Shown: in pieces, positions 29,423 to 38,518 of the stretch
Numbering within the stretch: position 1 is the first letter of the stretch
How the letters are laid out: the number at the start of each line of letters is the position of its first letter
NCBI GenBank assembly: GCA_963804995.1
Contig: CAWDSK010000009.1
Span: 224,001-288,000, forward strand
DNA length: 64,000 bases
Source: an uncultured Acidobacteriota bacterium
GTDB lineage: Bacteria; Acidobacteriota; Terriglobia; UBA7540
Direction of reading: 5' to 3'
The notes under the pieces: generated by a model
The model's input: the letters and a program-made list of their open reading frames with translations, nothing else
The model's database searches: none
Told to the model about the DNA's origin: nothing
Position numbers and translations under genes: made by a program

Positions 29423-30007
29423 ATGGGAATTCGGACGCATAAGATCGAGCCGCATTGGAACTACCTTCTTGCCATCGAACGCGATGTCCTTGCGTTATCG
29501 AGCTACATAGAATTCGACGAAAAGAATTTCGCGTGCTTTTCAATCGAGATTGCTAGGATTCTCCTCGCGTCAAGCGCGGAGGTTGACGTCGTCTGCAAGC
29601 AACTATGTAGACTGATTAATGCCCAGTCAAACGCGGATACCATAAACCAATACCGGGACGAGATAATAAGGGCCTTTGCTGGAATCGGCCAGTTCGAAGT
29701 ATTACTGCCTCGGTTCGGGCTTAGCCTACGGCCTTGGGACGAGTGGAACAAACCTAACGGCGTACCCCTGTGGTGGACGGCGTACAACAAGATAAAGCAC
29801 AAGCGAGACTCGGAATATGGACGGGCCAATCTGAAGAACGCTCTAAACGCAGTGGCGGGTCTTTTTGTCATGGTGCTTTACCTCTACAAAAACAAAGCGC
29901 AGTCCGGGGAATTGCTTCCTTCTCCTCAGCTTCTGAGAGTTGGTGACAAGCACTTCGGAGGTACTACTTTCTTGGACTACGAATTTGGGGTCAACTACAA
30001 GCTGTAG
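29423..30007 (+). CDS. Hypothetical protein, possible HEPN-like fold
   Basis: Lower GC than flanks; helical; WWTAYNKIKHKR motif near the C-terminus. Confidence 0.75.
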   Translation: MGIRTHKIEPHWNYLLAIERDVLALSSYIEFDEKNFACFSIEIARILLASSAEVDVVCKQLCRLINAQSNADTINQYRDEIIRAFAGIGQFEVLLPRFGLSLRPWDEWNKPNGVPLWWTAYNKIKHKRDSEYGRANLKNALNAVAGLFVMVLYLYKNKAQSGELLPSPQLLRVGDKHFGGTTFLDYEFGVNYKL

Positions 30008-30104
30008 TCCACGATGCATCAACAAGGAATCTGCGGTGAGGAATCGCAGACCCCGCAAAGCAATGGTCTCCGCCAGTCAGCCTCTGCTTCGGGAGTCAGG
30101 AAAG

Positions 30105-31067
30105 ATGGGAACATTCCAGGAACGACTCAAAGAGGTACTTGCGCGGTACCTCATATGCTGCACTGATGAGCATCCCAGTCACAAAACAAGTCACATCCAT
30201 CCGCTAAGCGTCGCCTTGTCGGAATTTGCGCCCCCCCTCGAAGGATGTGTGGAGGCCCTCAAGCGTAACCTGAACGCGGTTGTGCACACGACCACGATAC
30301 CATTCCAGCTCATTTCTGCCAGCGTTCACGAGAGGCGATTCCAGCAGCTTCACATGGCCGCTCGGATACAAATGTTGACGAGGGTTAATGCGGGTGAGGA
30401 TCTTCCGGAGGCGCTTCAGCGCGAGGCCTACGAGGTCGCACAGAGGGAGATGGACAGAGAGCTCAAGGAGAAGGAGGAGCAATTCGCACGTGCTACTATT
30501 GAAGAGCTCCATGCAGCACTCGCGAAACCGCCCGTCGCCTCAGCTACTGCCGAGATCCTTCGTCAAGGTGAGGTCCTTATTTGGGGCGCACTGGAGGTCC
30601 TTTCGCATGACCTCTTTGTCACTCTCCTCAACACTCGTCCGAGCCTTGCGGCTGTGGTTGCTCAGGAGGACAACTGCAGGCGTCTTTTCCAGATAAAGGC
30701 GCTTCCGATGGAAACCCTAAGTACTTATGCATTCGATGTCTCGGGTCACATGGGGAGCATTCTGGCCGACCAGCATCCGATAGACTCGGTCCCGACCATG
30801 CGCGTAGTTTTTCGCGCACTCTTCCCGGCTAACGACCGCCTGCATGAGCTTCTGTCTAGTCGCTCTCTGTGGCTGATTTGGCAGCGGCGGCACCTAATCG
30901 TGCACCGGCGAGCGATCGTGGACGATACATACCTCAGTAACACCGGAGATGCTGCTACACCCGGTGAGGAGCTCTGCATCTCGGCTGCAACCCTCGAGGC
31001 TGATCTAGTCCTGGTCCGTGACATTGGAGTAGAACTCATCCGGAGTGGAACGGCCTTGCTTCGGTAG
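30105..31067 (+). CDS. Hypothetical protein with C-terminal HEPN-type RxxxxH motif
   Basis: AGGAAAG RBS; QRRHLIVHRR..VD..YL motif. Confidence 0.7.
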   Translation: MGTFQERLKEVLARYLICCTDEHPSHKTSHIHPLSVALSEFAPPLEGCVEALKRNLNAVVHTTTIPFQLISASVHERRFQQLHMAARIQMLTRVNAGEDLPEALQREAYEVAQREMDRELKEKEEQFARATIEELHAALAKPPVASATAEILRQGEVLIWGALEVLSHDLFVTLLNTRPSLAAVVAQEDNCRRLFQIKALPMETLSTYAFDVSGHMGSILADQHPIDSVPTMRVVFRALFPANDRLHELLSSRSLWLIWQRRHLIVHRRAIVDDTYLSNTGDAATPGEELCISAATLEADLVLVRDIGVELIRSGTALLR

Positions 31068-31070
31068 GCG

Positions 31071-31151
31071 GGCTGGCGCAGGGCGAGCACAGCCCTGCGA
31101 TTCTGGTGCGGTTAATTGACGTGAATCGCAGAGCTGCGCTTTGCGCCAGCC
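31071..31151. repeat. REPIN-like doublet, family A variant
   Basis: GGCTGGCGCAGGGC..GCCCTGCGAT and inverted ATCGCAGAGC..GCTTTGCGCCAGCC; begins 4 nt after the stop codon. Confidence 0.85.
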
Positions 31152-31229
31152 CGTGGAAGCGTGACCCTTCTCTTGTTGTATTCAGCATGGTAGACTCCAC
31201 GCTATTATCCCCTTGCCAAAGGAAGGTCT

Positions 31230-31829
31230 ATGCAGACTGCTTGTTTTATTTCCTACGCACTGCTCATTGCCGCGCTTGCAGTTGGCGGATTCTATCTACG
31301 ATACGTAATTGGCCAGCAGAAGGTACTGGCGGACCGTGCCCTAGGCGAAAAGGACGCGACGATTGAGCGTCTGAAAACGCAGATCGATCACCTTGATCAG
31401 CAAGTGGGTGTGCTTGTGAGGTGGCAATGTCCGGCGCTCATGAAGGATCGTGCAACGTTGATTGCGGGCATCGAGCAGCTCATCACGGAAAGAGACCAAA
31501 TTGTGCAGCACCTTTCTCAGGAAGCCCAACGTAGGGCGTGGCATGGCGCACGCCTGGGCTTTCGCCTTGGTCTATTTGAGGCCCTTGGAGCTTTGGGAAT
31601 CATCTGCGATATTGTTCGGCAGGAAATTCAAATCGACCGCAAATCGTTTCCGAGCCCAGCATTCATCGAGAAAGCCGACGAAATTCGCAGCGAAATCTAT
31701 GGAAGGATTGAAGCAGACGAAACAGAGCCCGAGACACTCCTCCATAGTGCATATGCCGACGCGCACATCGAGTTTCTGCGGCGATTGCAAGCGAGCGGAT
31801 TTGAGCATGAAAGGCTCAATTCCAGATGA
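31230..31829 (+). CDS. Hypothetical membrane-anchored coiled-coil protein
   Basis: GGAAGG RBS; N-terminal hydrophobic helix followed by a coiled-coil-like segment. Confidence 0.65.
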   Translation: MQTACFISYALLIAALAVGGFYLRYVIGQQKVLADRALGEKDATIERLKTQIDHLDQQVGVLVRWQCPALMKDRATLIAGIEQLITERDQIVQHLSQEAQRRAWHGARLGFRLGLFEALGALGIICDIVRQEIQIDRKSFPSPAFIEKADEIRSEIYGRIEADETEPETLLHSAYADAHIEFLRRLQASGFEHERLNSR

Positions 31830-32244
31830 AATGCCGCCGACCTAAACCGCAGGTCCGCGCCACTTGCTGGAGCTATTAGACGATACTTATTTGTATCGGA
31901 GGCCCGGCGACGACGAACTTTGATTTAGTGCTATCTGCAACGGCTCCCCGCCATACGTTGGCGGGCTGGCGCAGGGCGAGCGCAGCCCTGTGCATTTGCG
32001 GAAGATCCGGGGAGGAACGCGAACTACACGTTCCTCCGCGCTACCCCCCTTTTGCCAAAGTCGATTCGTCGGCAGGGCCGACGCCAAGGGATAGTCGGAA
32101 TTGGCTGTATAGGCATGGGCATGCGGCAGCGCTGCGACAACTTCGCGCTCTACACGGATAGGATGATGGCAGACCACTCGATAAAATGCTTCGCTTAGCA
32201 CGACAACTGTCGGCTGCAAGCTGTGAACCCTTCTGGCGCCGGTT

Positions 32245-32379
32245 GGCTGGCGCAGACTCCTGGTTTTGGGAGTCTGCGATCCCGAAGGGACTTCGCATTA
32301 ATGACCGTAGCGCCCACCTGATCGCCGCTACGGCTGCTTTGGGATCGCAGACACCAAAGAACGGGTGTCTGCGCCAGCC
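32245..32379. repeat. REPIN-like doublet (family A), unoccupied intron target
   Basis: GGCTGGCGCAGACTCC..GGAGTCTGCGAT...ATCGCAGACACC..GGTGTCTGCGCCAGCC. Confidence 0.9.
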
Positions 32380-32733
32380 AGCGAATCTTCGGATCGTCGC
32401 CGTCATCAGTATTCATGCGCCAGCCAGCCCCCCCTCGCAGTGCCCCCGACACTCCCCCGTATCGTTATCGGCGGTGGCCTTGACGAGGATGAAACTTATT
32501 TTGAGTTGGGAACTCGGCGCAGTACTGCCTTCGTGAAATTTGCGGCCCAGGAGGTGGAGGGTTGAAAGGACCCCCTCACCCGGCCCGCCCCGGCTGGTGT
32601 AAACGCCGGTTGCGGTCCACCCTCTCCCCCAAAGGGGCGAGGGATGTTAGTCGATGCCAGTCCCTAGCCCCGAGAACCCAGCACCCAGCCCCTAATCCCC
32701 AGCCCCCAGAACCCAGCACCTGACCCCCAGCCC

Positions 32734-33518
32734 CTAGCCCCGCGCCGGATGGGAAACGATTCGCCGGGAAATCTCCTGGGCAGCGGACTTCACAACATTT
32801 CCCAGGGAAGCAGTCTTCTGTGGCGTGATTCGGCTGGTGGGGCCGGAGATGCTCACCGCGGCCACGGCGATTCCTCTTTTATCCACGATGGGCGCGGCGA
32901 TGCAGCGCAGCCCCAGCACGCTTTCCTCGTTATCGACGGCATAGCCCGCCTTGTGAATCACATTCAATTCGCGGGTCAACTGTGCGGCGGAGGTGATGGT
33001 GTTGGGCGTGAACACCTGGAAGCGCAGAGTTCTTACGATCATCTCGCGCTGGTCGGGTGGCAGGAAGGCCAGCATGGCTTTGCCCAGGGCCGTGCGGTGC
33101 AGGATGGCCCGCATGCCGACATTGTTCACCAGGCGAAAATCGTGCGGGCTTTCCAGGCAATCGATATAGACGACGTTCGAGTCCCTCCAGGACCGCCAGG
33201 TTGATCGTCTCCTGCGTGACCCGCCAGAGTTCCCACAACGACTCCCGGGCGATTTCCCGCAGGGGCGCCTGCACGTGATAATCGCTTCCCAGCCGCAGGA
33301 GTTTCGGCCCCAGGCTATACTCTCCCTTATCATCCCGCCGGAGATATTCTTCCTTTTCTAAATGTGTGAGCAGGCGGAAGGCCGTGCTTTTGTTGATGCC
33401 CGCTTGCACGCTGACCTCATGGAGAGATAAGGGCGAGCGGGAATCCTTCGAGCAAGTCGATGATCCGCAGGGTCTTGGTCAGAACCCCCACGGGTTTCGA
33501 TTTTCTTGGTCCGCGCAT
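32734..33518 (-). CDS. IclR family transcriptional regulator (apparent frameshifts at about 33450 and 33178)
   Basis: N-terminal HTH (INKSTAFRLL); ETINLAV, TALGKAMLAF, GYAVDNEE and AAVSISGP motifs. Frames rejoin on removing one A at each site. Confidence 0.88.
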
Positions 33519-33664
33519 GAGTCTCCGCTACGAAGGTTTCAAGTTACATTTTACAGTATAAAACGTCGACGGCATACCTCCCTGCGAAAGACGAGTTTCT
33601 TCTGTCACGCGAAGAACCCAGTTCGGTGTGGTGTGTTATCGTGCTGGCGGGGGCGGCGAAGAGA

Positions 33665-33888
33665 CCCCTCACCCGTCCCGCCCCGGCTGATGAGAACGCC
33701 GGCAGCGGTCCACCCTCTCCCCCTGGAGAGGGTGGCTAATCTTTCTTTGTGGTCTCCCTGCAACTGGGGTGGCGAGTGTGGGTACTTTTCAACCTCAAGG
33801 GATAGAAGTCAGAATCATAGCCCTCTCCGAGGGGAGAGGGTGGACCGCTGCCGGCGTTTTTACGAGCCGGAGCGGGACGGGTGAGGGG
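33665..33888. repeat. Family C full-length palindromic doublet
   Basis: Long inverted arms CCCCTCACCCGTCCCG...CGGGACGGGTGAGGGG. Confidence 0.85.
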
Positions 33889-34020
33889 TCACTCCCGGCG
33901 GGACGCTCACCCCAATAAAGCGGGGCCAATAAATTCAAATCAACGCTCACGCTCGCTCAGTGGCTTGGGAGCTTCAGCGGGTGTACACTCTCGTGGCAAT
34001 CTTAAGAACGGAGCCTTCGC

Positions 34021-34893
34021 ATGAGAAAATCATTCGCAAGAATCACGCTAATCGCCCTCGTCATTTTCGGCGTTGGAGCTGTGTCGCCAGGCGTTGCTTA
34101 TGCCCAAAAGATCCAGCTAATTGTGCGCGGAGATGACTTGGGGATGACGCAGGGATCTCTCGCCGCCGTCGAAAAGGCGATGAATGAGGGCGTGATGACG
34201 GCCACGTCCATTATCGTGCCGGCGCCCTGGTTTGAAGGTGCGGCAGAGCTGGCGCGCCGGAATCCGGGCTGGTGTACGGGGATTCACCTTTGCTTCGTGG
34301 GCGAGTGGCGGGGCTACCGGTGGCGACCCGTTCTGCCTTGGGACAAAGTACGTTCGCTGGTGGATGGTGACGGTTATTTCTACGCCTCCCCGAAAGAACT
34401 TTACGCGCACCAACCGAAGCTCGAGGAAATCGACGCCGAGCTCCGGGCCCAGATGGATTTGGCGAAGAAGAAGGGCGTGAACATCCAATACGTCGATACC
34501 CACTACTTCGACACCGGGGACGAGGCGGGCCTGGACGCGCTGGTCACGAAGCTTGCCAGTGACTACCACGTCCCCCATTCCGAGCAGTTCGGGGAGAAGA
34601 TGATGCCGAATGTGTACACTGTCCCCATCAACGAAAAGTTGAAAAGTGCTGTGGAAACTTTGGAGAGCCTCGCGCCGGGCCTGTGGCTGTGGGTGTGCCA
34701 CGTCGGCATCGACTCCCCGGAACAGCGCGCCCTGATTCATACCGCGCCTGAAGACATTTTCGTGGACGGGGTCGGCCCGAATCGCGCTGAAGAACTCCGA
34801 GTGGTGACCAGCCTGGAGGTCAAGTCGGAGATCCTGAGAAAAGGGATTGACTTGGTGAATTACCGGGAGCTTTGGAACCACCGGCACCCCTGA
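34021..34893 (+). CDS. Secreted ChbG/YdjC family carbohydrate deacetylase
   Basis: Signal peptide; RGDDLG, GIHL and YVDTH motifs. Confidence 0.85.
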   Translation: MRKSFARITLIALVIFGVGAVSPGVAYAQKIQLIVRGDDLGMTQGSLAAVEKAMNEGVMTATSIIVPAPWFEGAAELARRNPGWCTGIHLCFVGEWRGYRWRPVLPWDKVRSLVDGDGYFYASPKELYAHQPKLEEIDAELRAQMDLAKKKGVNIQYVDTHYFDTGDEAGLDALVTKLASDYHVPHSEQFGEKMMPNVYTVPINEKLKSAVETLESLAPGLWLWVCHVGIDSPEQRALIHTAPEDIFVDGVGPNRAEELRVVTSLEVKSEILRKGIDLVNYRELWNHRHP

Positions 34894-35015
34894 CGCGTTC
34901 GGCCTTGCTGCCGGGGTGGCGGGGATTCATCCCGGCAAGCAGGCCGTTTGAACCAAGGGCCGGGTGCGATTGGCGGTCCGATCAGATCGGACCCTGGCCT
35001 TTGGCCTTTTGCAGT

Positions 35016-36464
35016 TCAAGCATTGGCGTAGCAGAGGGCGGAGGCGAGGGGGAAGGTACAATTCTGGGGCTTCGTTGTAGAGGGTTGGGGAGGCGCGAAG
35101 CCGGAGAAATGATCGAGACCCAGTCCCCGGCCCCAGACCTCGGCGCGCAGTTGATGGATGGCGTGTTGGGTGGAGATGCGGGCAGTGGGGGCAGCGTGGA
35201 TCCACTTGGGGCGCGGCAGCAGGCCGTGGCGGGTACGGGCGAAGGCGCGATGGGTAGCGAGGAGCAAGAGGGCATAGGCGGCCACGGTGAAGGCGGGGGC
35301 AGACTCGACCGAATGGGGGGAGCGGACCTGGGCTTGGCCCACTCCCAGCAGAGTTTTTTCATCGCGGAAATTAACTTCAATGTCCCAGCGTTGGAAGTAA
35401 GTTGTGATGAGGAGTTGGGGGTCGAGGTTTTCGTCGGTGCAGAGGAGGAAGGCGGGTTGGCGATAGAGCAGCTTGGAACCTTGGCGCAGACGATAGGCGA
35501 GCGGCGCGATGACGACAAGTTGCAGGAATTGGTGGGCGCCGGCGGCACGCCACAGGAGGCCGGTGCGGCGCTTGAAGCGGAGTTGATGGGGAATGCCGTG
35601 ATGGGTAAAGGTCAAGGTCTGCCAGGGAGCATCGTCGGTGCGGACCTGCTCGGGAGTGGGAGCGGGAGGCCCGTAGCAGAGACGGCGACCGCGCGCCTTT
35701 TGGGTTTGGGGATCGGGCCGGAACAGCAACTGAGCATCTTTGCGGAGCCGGCCGATGGCGGTGGTATGGGGAGGAAGGCGTTTGAGGACGGTGCGGTTGG
35801 TGTATCCGCCATCGAAGGCGACGAGGAGAAGGCGCGAAGCGGAGGCGGGATTGGAGTCAAGGGCCGCACGCAGATCGTGGATTTGTTCGCTGGCGCGTTG
35901 ACCGAGGCGGGCAGCGCGCGCTTGGGTGCGGTACTGCTGCTGCTCGGCGGCGGGGGCCTGCCGGGAAGGCTTGCGGGGCGTGGGGGCATGGCGGAAAGCA
36001 ATGGGGAGCAAGCGGCAGGAGCCGTCGGGAGTGGGGAGCGCGAGGGAGGTTTGAAGAAAACGCTGGGCGCGCACGAAGTTGGTTTGAAAGCGCGGGCCCA
36101 GCGGGTCGCGGCGCCAAGCCACCCCGGGAGTGCGCCGACCGGAACGACGCAACAGCGAGTCATCGAGGAGGGCGCAGACGGGAGCGCCGGGTGCGAGTTC
36201 GCTCACCACCGCGCGGCGCACCACGGAGAAGAGCGCCTCAACCCGCAGACGGTGCTGGGAGAAGAGCCGGTAACTGGAGGTCCAGTCACGGAACTGCAGG
36301 CCGCAAGTGGTGAGCAGACCGGTCACGGTATGGCGTCCCAGACAAAGCAAGGTGCTCAGCGCGAGGGCTTGGGCGTGCGCGGCAACGCGGCGCTGGCGGA
36401 AGCCCGGGAAACATTGGCTCCAGAGTTGTTCGAGTTCGGCGAGGACGCCGGTAGAGTTTTTTTT
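35016..36464 (-). CDS. DDE transposase (catalytic frame, probably entered by -1 frameshift)
   Basis: LLDDSLLRRSG, VAFDGGY and YFQRWDIEVNFRDEK (Y-2-R-3-E-6-K signature). Confidence 0.88.
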   Translation of the reverse strand, partial: KKNSTGVLAELEQLWSQCFPGFRQRRVAAHAQALALSTLLCLGRHTVTGLLTTCGLQFRDWTSSYRLFSQHRLRVEALFSVVRRAVVSELAPGAPVCALLDDSLLRRSGRRTPGVAWRRDPLGPRFQTNFVRAQRFLQTSLALPTPDGSCRLLPIAFRHAPTPRKPSRQAPAAEQQQYRTQARAARLGQRASEQIHDLRAALDSNPASASRLLLVAFDGGYTNRTVLKRLPPHTTAIGRLRKDAQLLFRPDPQTQKARGRRLCYGPPAPTPEQVRTDDAPWQTLTFTHHGIPHQLRFKRRTGLLWRAAGAHQFLQLVVIAPLAYRLRQGSKLLYRQPAFLLCTDENLDPQLLITTYFQRWDIEVNFRDEKTLLGVGQAQVRSPHSVESAPAFTVAAYALLLLATHRAFARTRHGLLPRPKWIHAAPTARISTQHAIHQLRAEVWGRGLGLDHFSGFAPPQPSTTKPQNCTFPLASALCYANA

Positions 36465-36643
36465 AGCACGGAAGGCGGCGGCGAGGCTCGTCGCAGGGCC
36501 AGCAGACCTTTGTTTTCGACGAACCATTCGACCGATTCGCCGCGCGCAAACTCCATGGCTTGGGCGAGGGCGGAAGGAAAGTTGATGTACCACTGCTCGC
36601 TCGCCTGGCGTTTGATAAGCTGTACTTTGGTAGGGAACCCCAT
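36356..36643 (-). CDS. Small AbrB/MazE-like DNA-binding ORF of the IS
   Basis: AGGAGG RBS; QWYINFPSALAQAMEFARGESVEW resembles the swapped-hairpin pattern; A8 run at 36457-36464. Confidence 0.7.
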   Translation of the reverse strand: MGFPTKVQLIKRQASEQWYINFPSALAQAMEFARGESVEWFVENKGLLALRRASPPPSVLKKTLPASSPNSNNSGANVSRASASAALPRTPKPSR

Positions 36644-36989
36644 GAGAAAAGCCTCCTTGAGGAATATCTAGTCATATAACTAGATATCAGAAGACTGGCT
36701 TTTCTGCAAGTAAATACTTTCCGACAGCCTTTATCTAGTTAAAGGCCAAAGTCCAGGGTCCGATCAGATCGGACCATCGGAGTCCAGAAATCGGAGGCGG
36801 GTGAGGAGGTAGGGCTCGGCATCGCGTTTTCGCTTAATCTACGCCTGCAGGCCCGCGACTTTTTGTCATAAGTGGGACAGTCCCACTTGTTGCTCTTAGC
36901 GGGGCATAGCGAGCGAGGTCCCACTTATTTCCCCAGCTTCATGCGTTTTTCCGTTGATTTTTCGTCAAGGACTCAAACGCACTACACTC

Positions 36990-38270
36990 CTACACAATCT
37001 CCTCGTGCTCAGCGTCCCAAGTCACTCGACGGCGCTCGCGATAAGATCGAATCGCCATCTGGCAGGCGATGGCCGCATTGAAGCCGAGTTCAAAGGGGCA
37101 ATTGGGTTGCTTGCGGGTGCGCATGCAATCGAAGAAGTTCGCAAAGTGAACGTCGGTCCCGTCATCCCGGCCAACAATGTCGGGAACCATGGACTCTGCG
37201 GGCGGAGGAGGCGCCGCAGGAGCGCCGGGAGTCGCCGGTCTGTGCCCCTGGCCTTCGGCGATGTACTCAGCACTAAACCGGCCGCGGATCACCGTTCCCT
37301 TGGTCCCCAGCAGGAAGTCGTCTTCCGCTTTGTAGTGGCGATTCCCGAACCCGGAATTCCAGGTGAAGAGGATCTTCTCCGACATCTCCATGGAAACGTC
37401 CATGGTGTCGGGCACTTCCATCCCGGGTGAAAGGTAATTGGCCCCGCTCATGGTCACCGCGGCAGGCGGCTTGAGGTCCAGCACCTTGGACCAGAAGCCC
37501 ACTTGGTGAACCATATTCTCAAACACGTTGCCACCGGCGTAATCCCAGAAGAAGCGCCAATTGATGACCCGGTTGGGATCGAATTCGCGCGGCGCGGATT
37601 CTCCCTGGAACATCTTCCAATCCACATGGGCGAGATCGCAATCGGCAGGAATCTCGCGCTTCCAGCCCCCGTAGCGCGCATTGCGCCACATGTGAGTGTG
37701 GATACCGGTGATGTCTCCCATCTTGTCCGGCGCGGCCAGTTCCTTCACCTTGCAGAAAACGTCGGCGCTGGTCGATTGCATGCCCACCTGCACGACGCGG
37801 TCAGAATCTTTAAACGCCCGCTGCATGCGCCGCGCGTGGTCAGGATTGAAGGCCATGGTCTTTTCCTGGTAAACGTCCTTGCCCGCTTGAATGGCCGGCA
37901 CAAAGTTCAGCGCGTGCTGGTGCTGCGGGGTCACAATCACCACCGCGTCAATGGATTTGTCATCCAGAAGCTTGCGGAAGTCCTGGTAAGTCTTGGCCCC
38001 GGGCGCGATGGTCTTGATTTCATCGAGGCGGCGCGTGTAGACATCGGCCGCGGCGACGCATTCAACATTGGGAGACTTCAAGGCCGCGCGCAGATCCTCC
38101 TGGGCGCGGTCTCCACAGCCAATCATCCCAAACCGAATGCGATCGTTCGCGCCGAACACCCGCTGGGGCTCAGCGAGAAAGGTAATCCCACTCATCGCCG
38201 CCAGACTCGCCCCGGCGGTCGCGCCACCTTTCAAGAAATCCCGGCGCGTTACTGCTGATTGCTTTGACAT
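36990..38270 (-). CDS. Tat-exported Gfo/Idh/MocA oxidoreductase
   Basis: TRRDFLK; IGCGDR, QEKTMA and NWRFFWDYAGG motifs. Confidence 0.9.
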   Translation of the reverse strand: MSKQSAVTRRDFLKGGATAGASLAAMSGITFLAEPQRVFGANDRIRFGMIGCGDRAQEDLRAALKSPNVECVAAADVYTRRLDEIKTIAPGAKTYQDFRKLLDDKSIDAVVIVTPQHQHALNFVPAIQAGKDVYQEKTMAFNPDHARRMQRAFKDSDRVVQVGMQSTSADVFCKVKELAAPDKMGDITGIHTHMWRNARYGGWKREIPADCDLAHVDWKMFQGESAPREFDPNRVINWRFFWDYAGGNVFENMVHQVGFWSKVLDLKPPAAVTMSGANYLSPGMEVPDTMDVSMEMSEKILFTWNSGFGNRHYKAEDDFLLGTKGTVIRGRFSAEYIAEGQGHRPATPGAPAAPPPPAESMVPDIVGRDDGTDVHFANFFDCMRTRKQPNCPFELGFNAAIACQMAIRSYRERRRVTWDAEHEEIV

Positions 38271-38518
38271 GATTCCCTCCCTCAAATGCTTTGCAAAATC
38301 CACTGCCCCCGTTGGTTCTCACCCCATCAGGCGTCTTCAGGTTTGTGGCTCGCGATGTTGCCTGGGAGGAACGCCTGGGCACGGTCGACCTGCCCCTGGA
38401 TCCACTGACGATTAGGGCCCCGCAGTGGTTTCCCGCTGCACCGGTAATATACAAGAGGCCGCTCCCGCATTCAATGCTTCCGGCCGCAGGGGGCCGGCAG
38501 GTGGCGGGGCGGGGCCGG

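Larger units (their letters stand above)
34975..36775 (-). mobile_element. Insertion sequence (IS701/IS4-like DDE) with 16-bp TIRs and a 19-bp palindromic flanking direct repeat
   Basis: CTGGCCTTTGGCCTTT at 34994-35009 and AAAGGCCAAAGTCCAG at 36741-36756; GGTCCGATCAGATCGGACC at 34975-34993 and 36757-36775. Confidence 0.85.
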
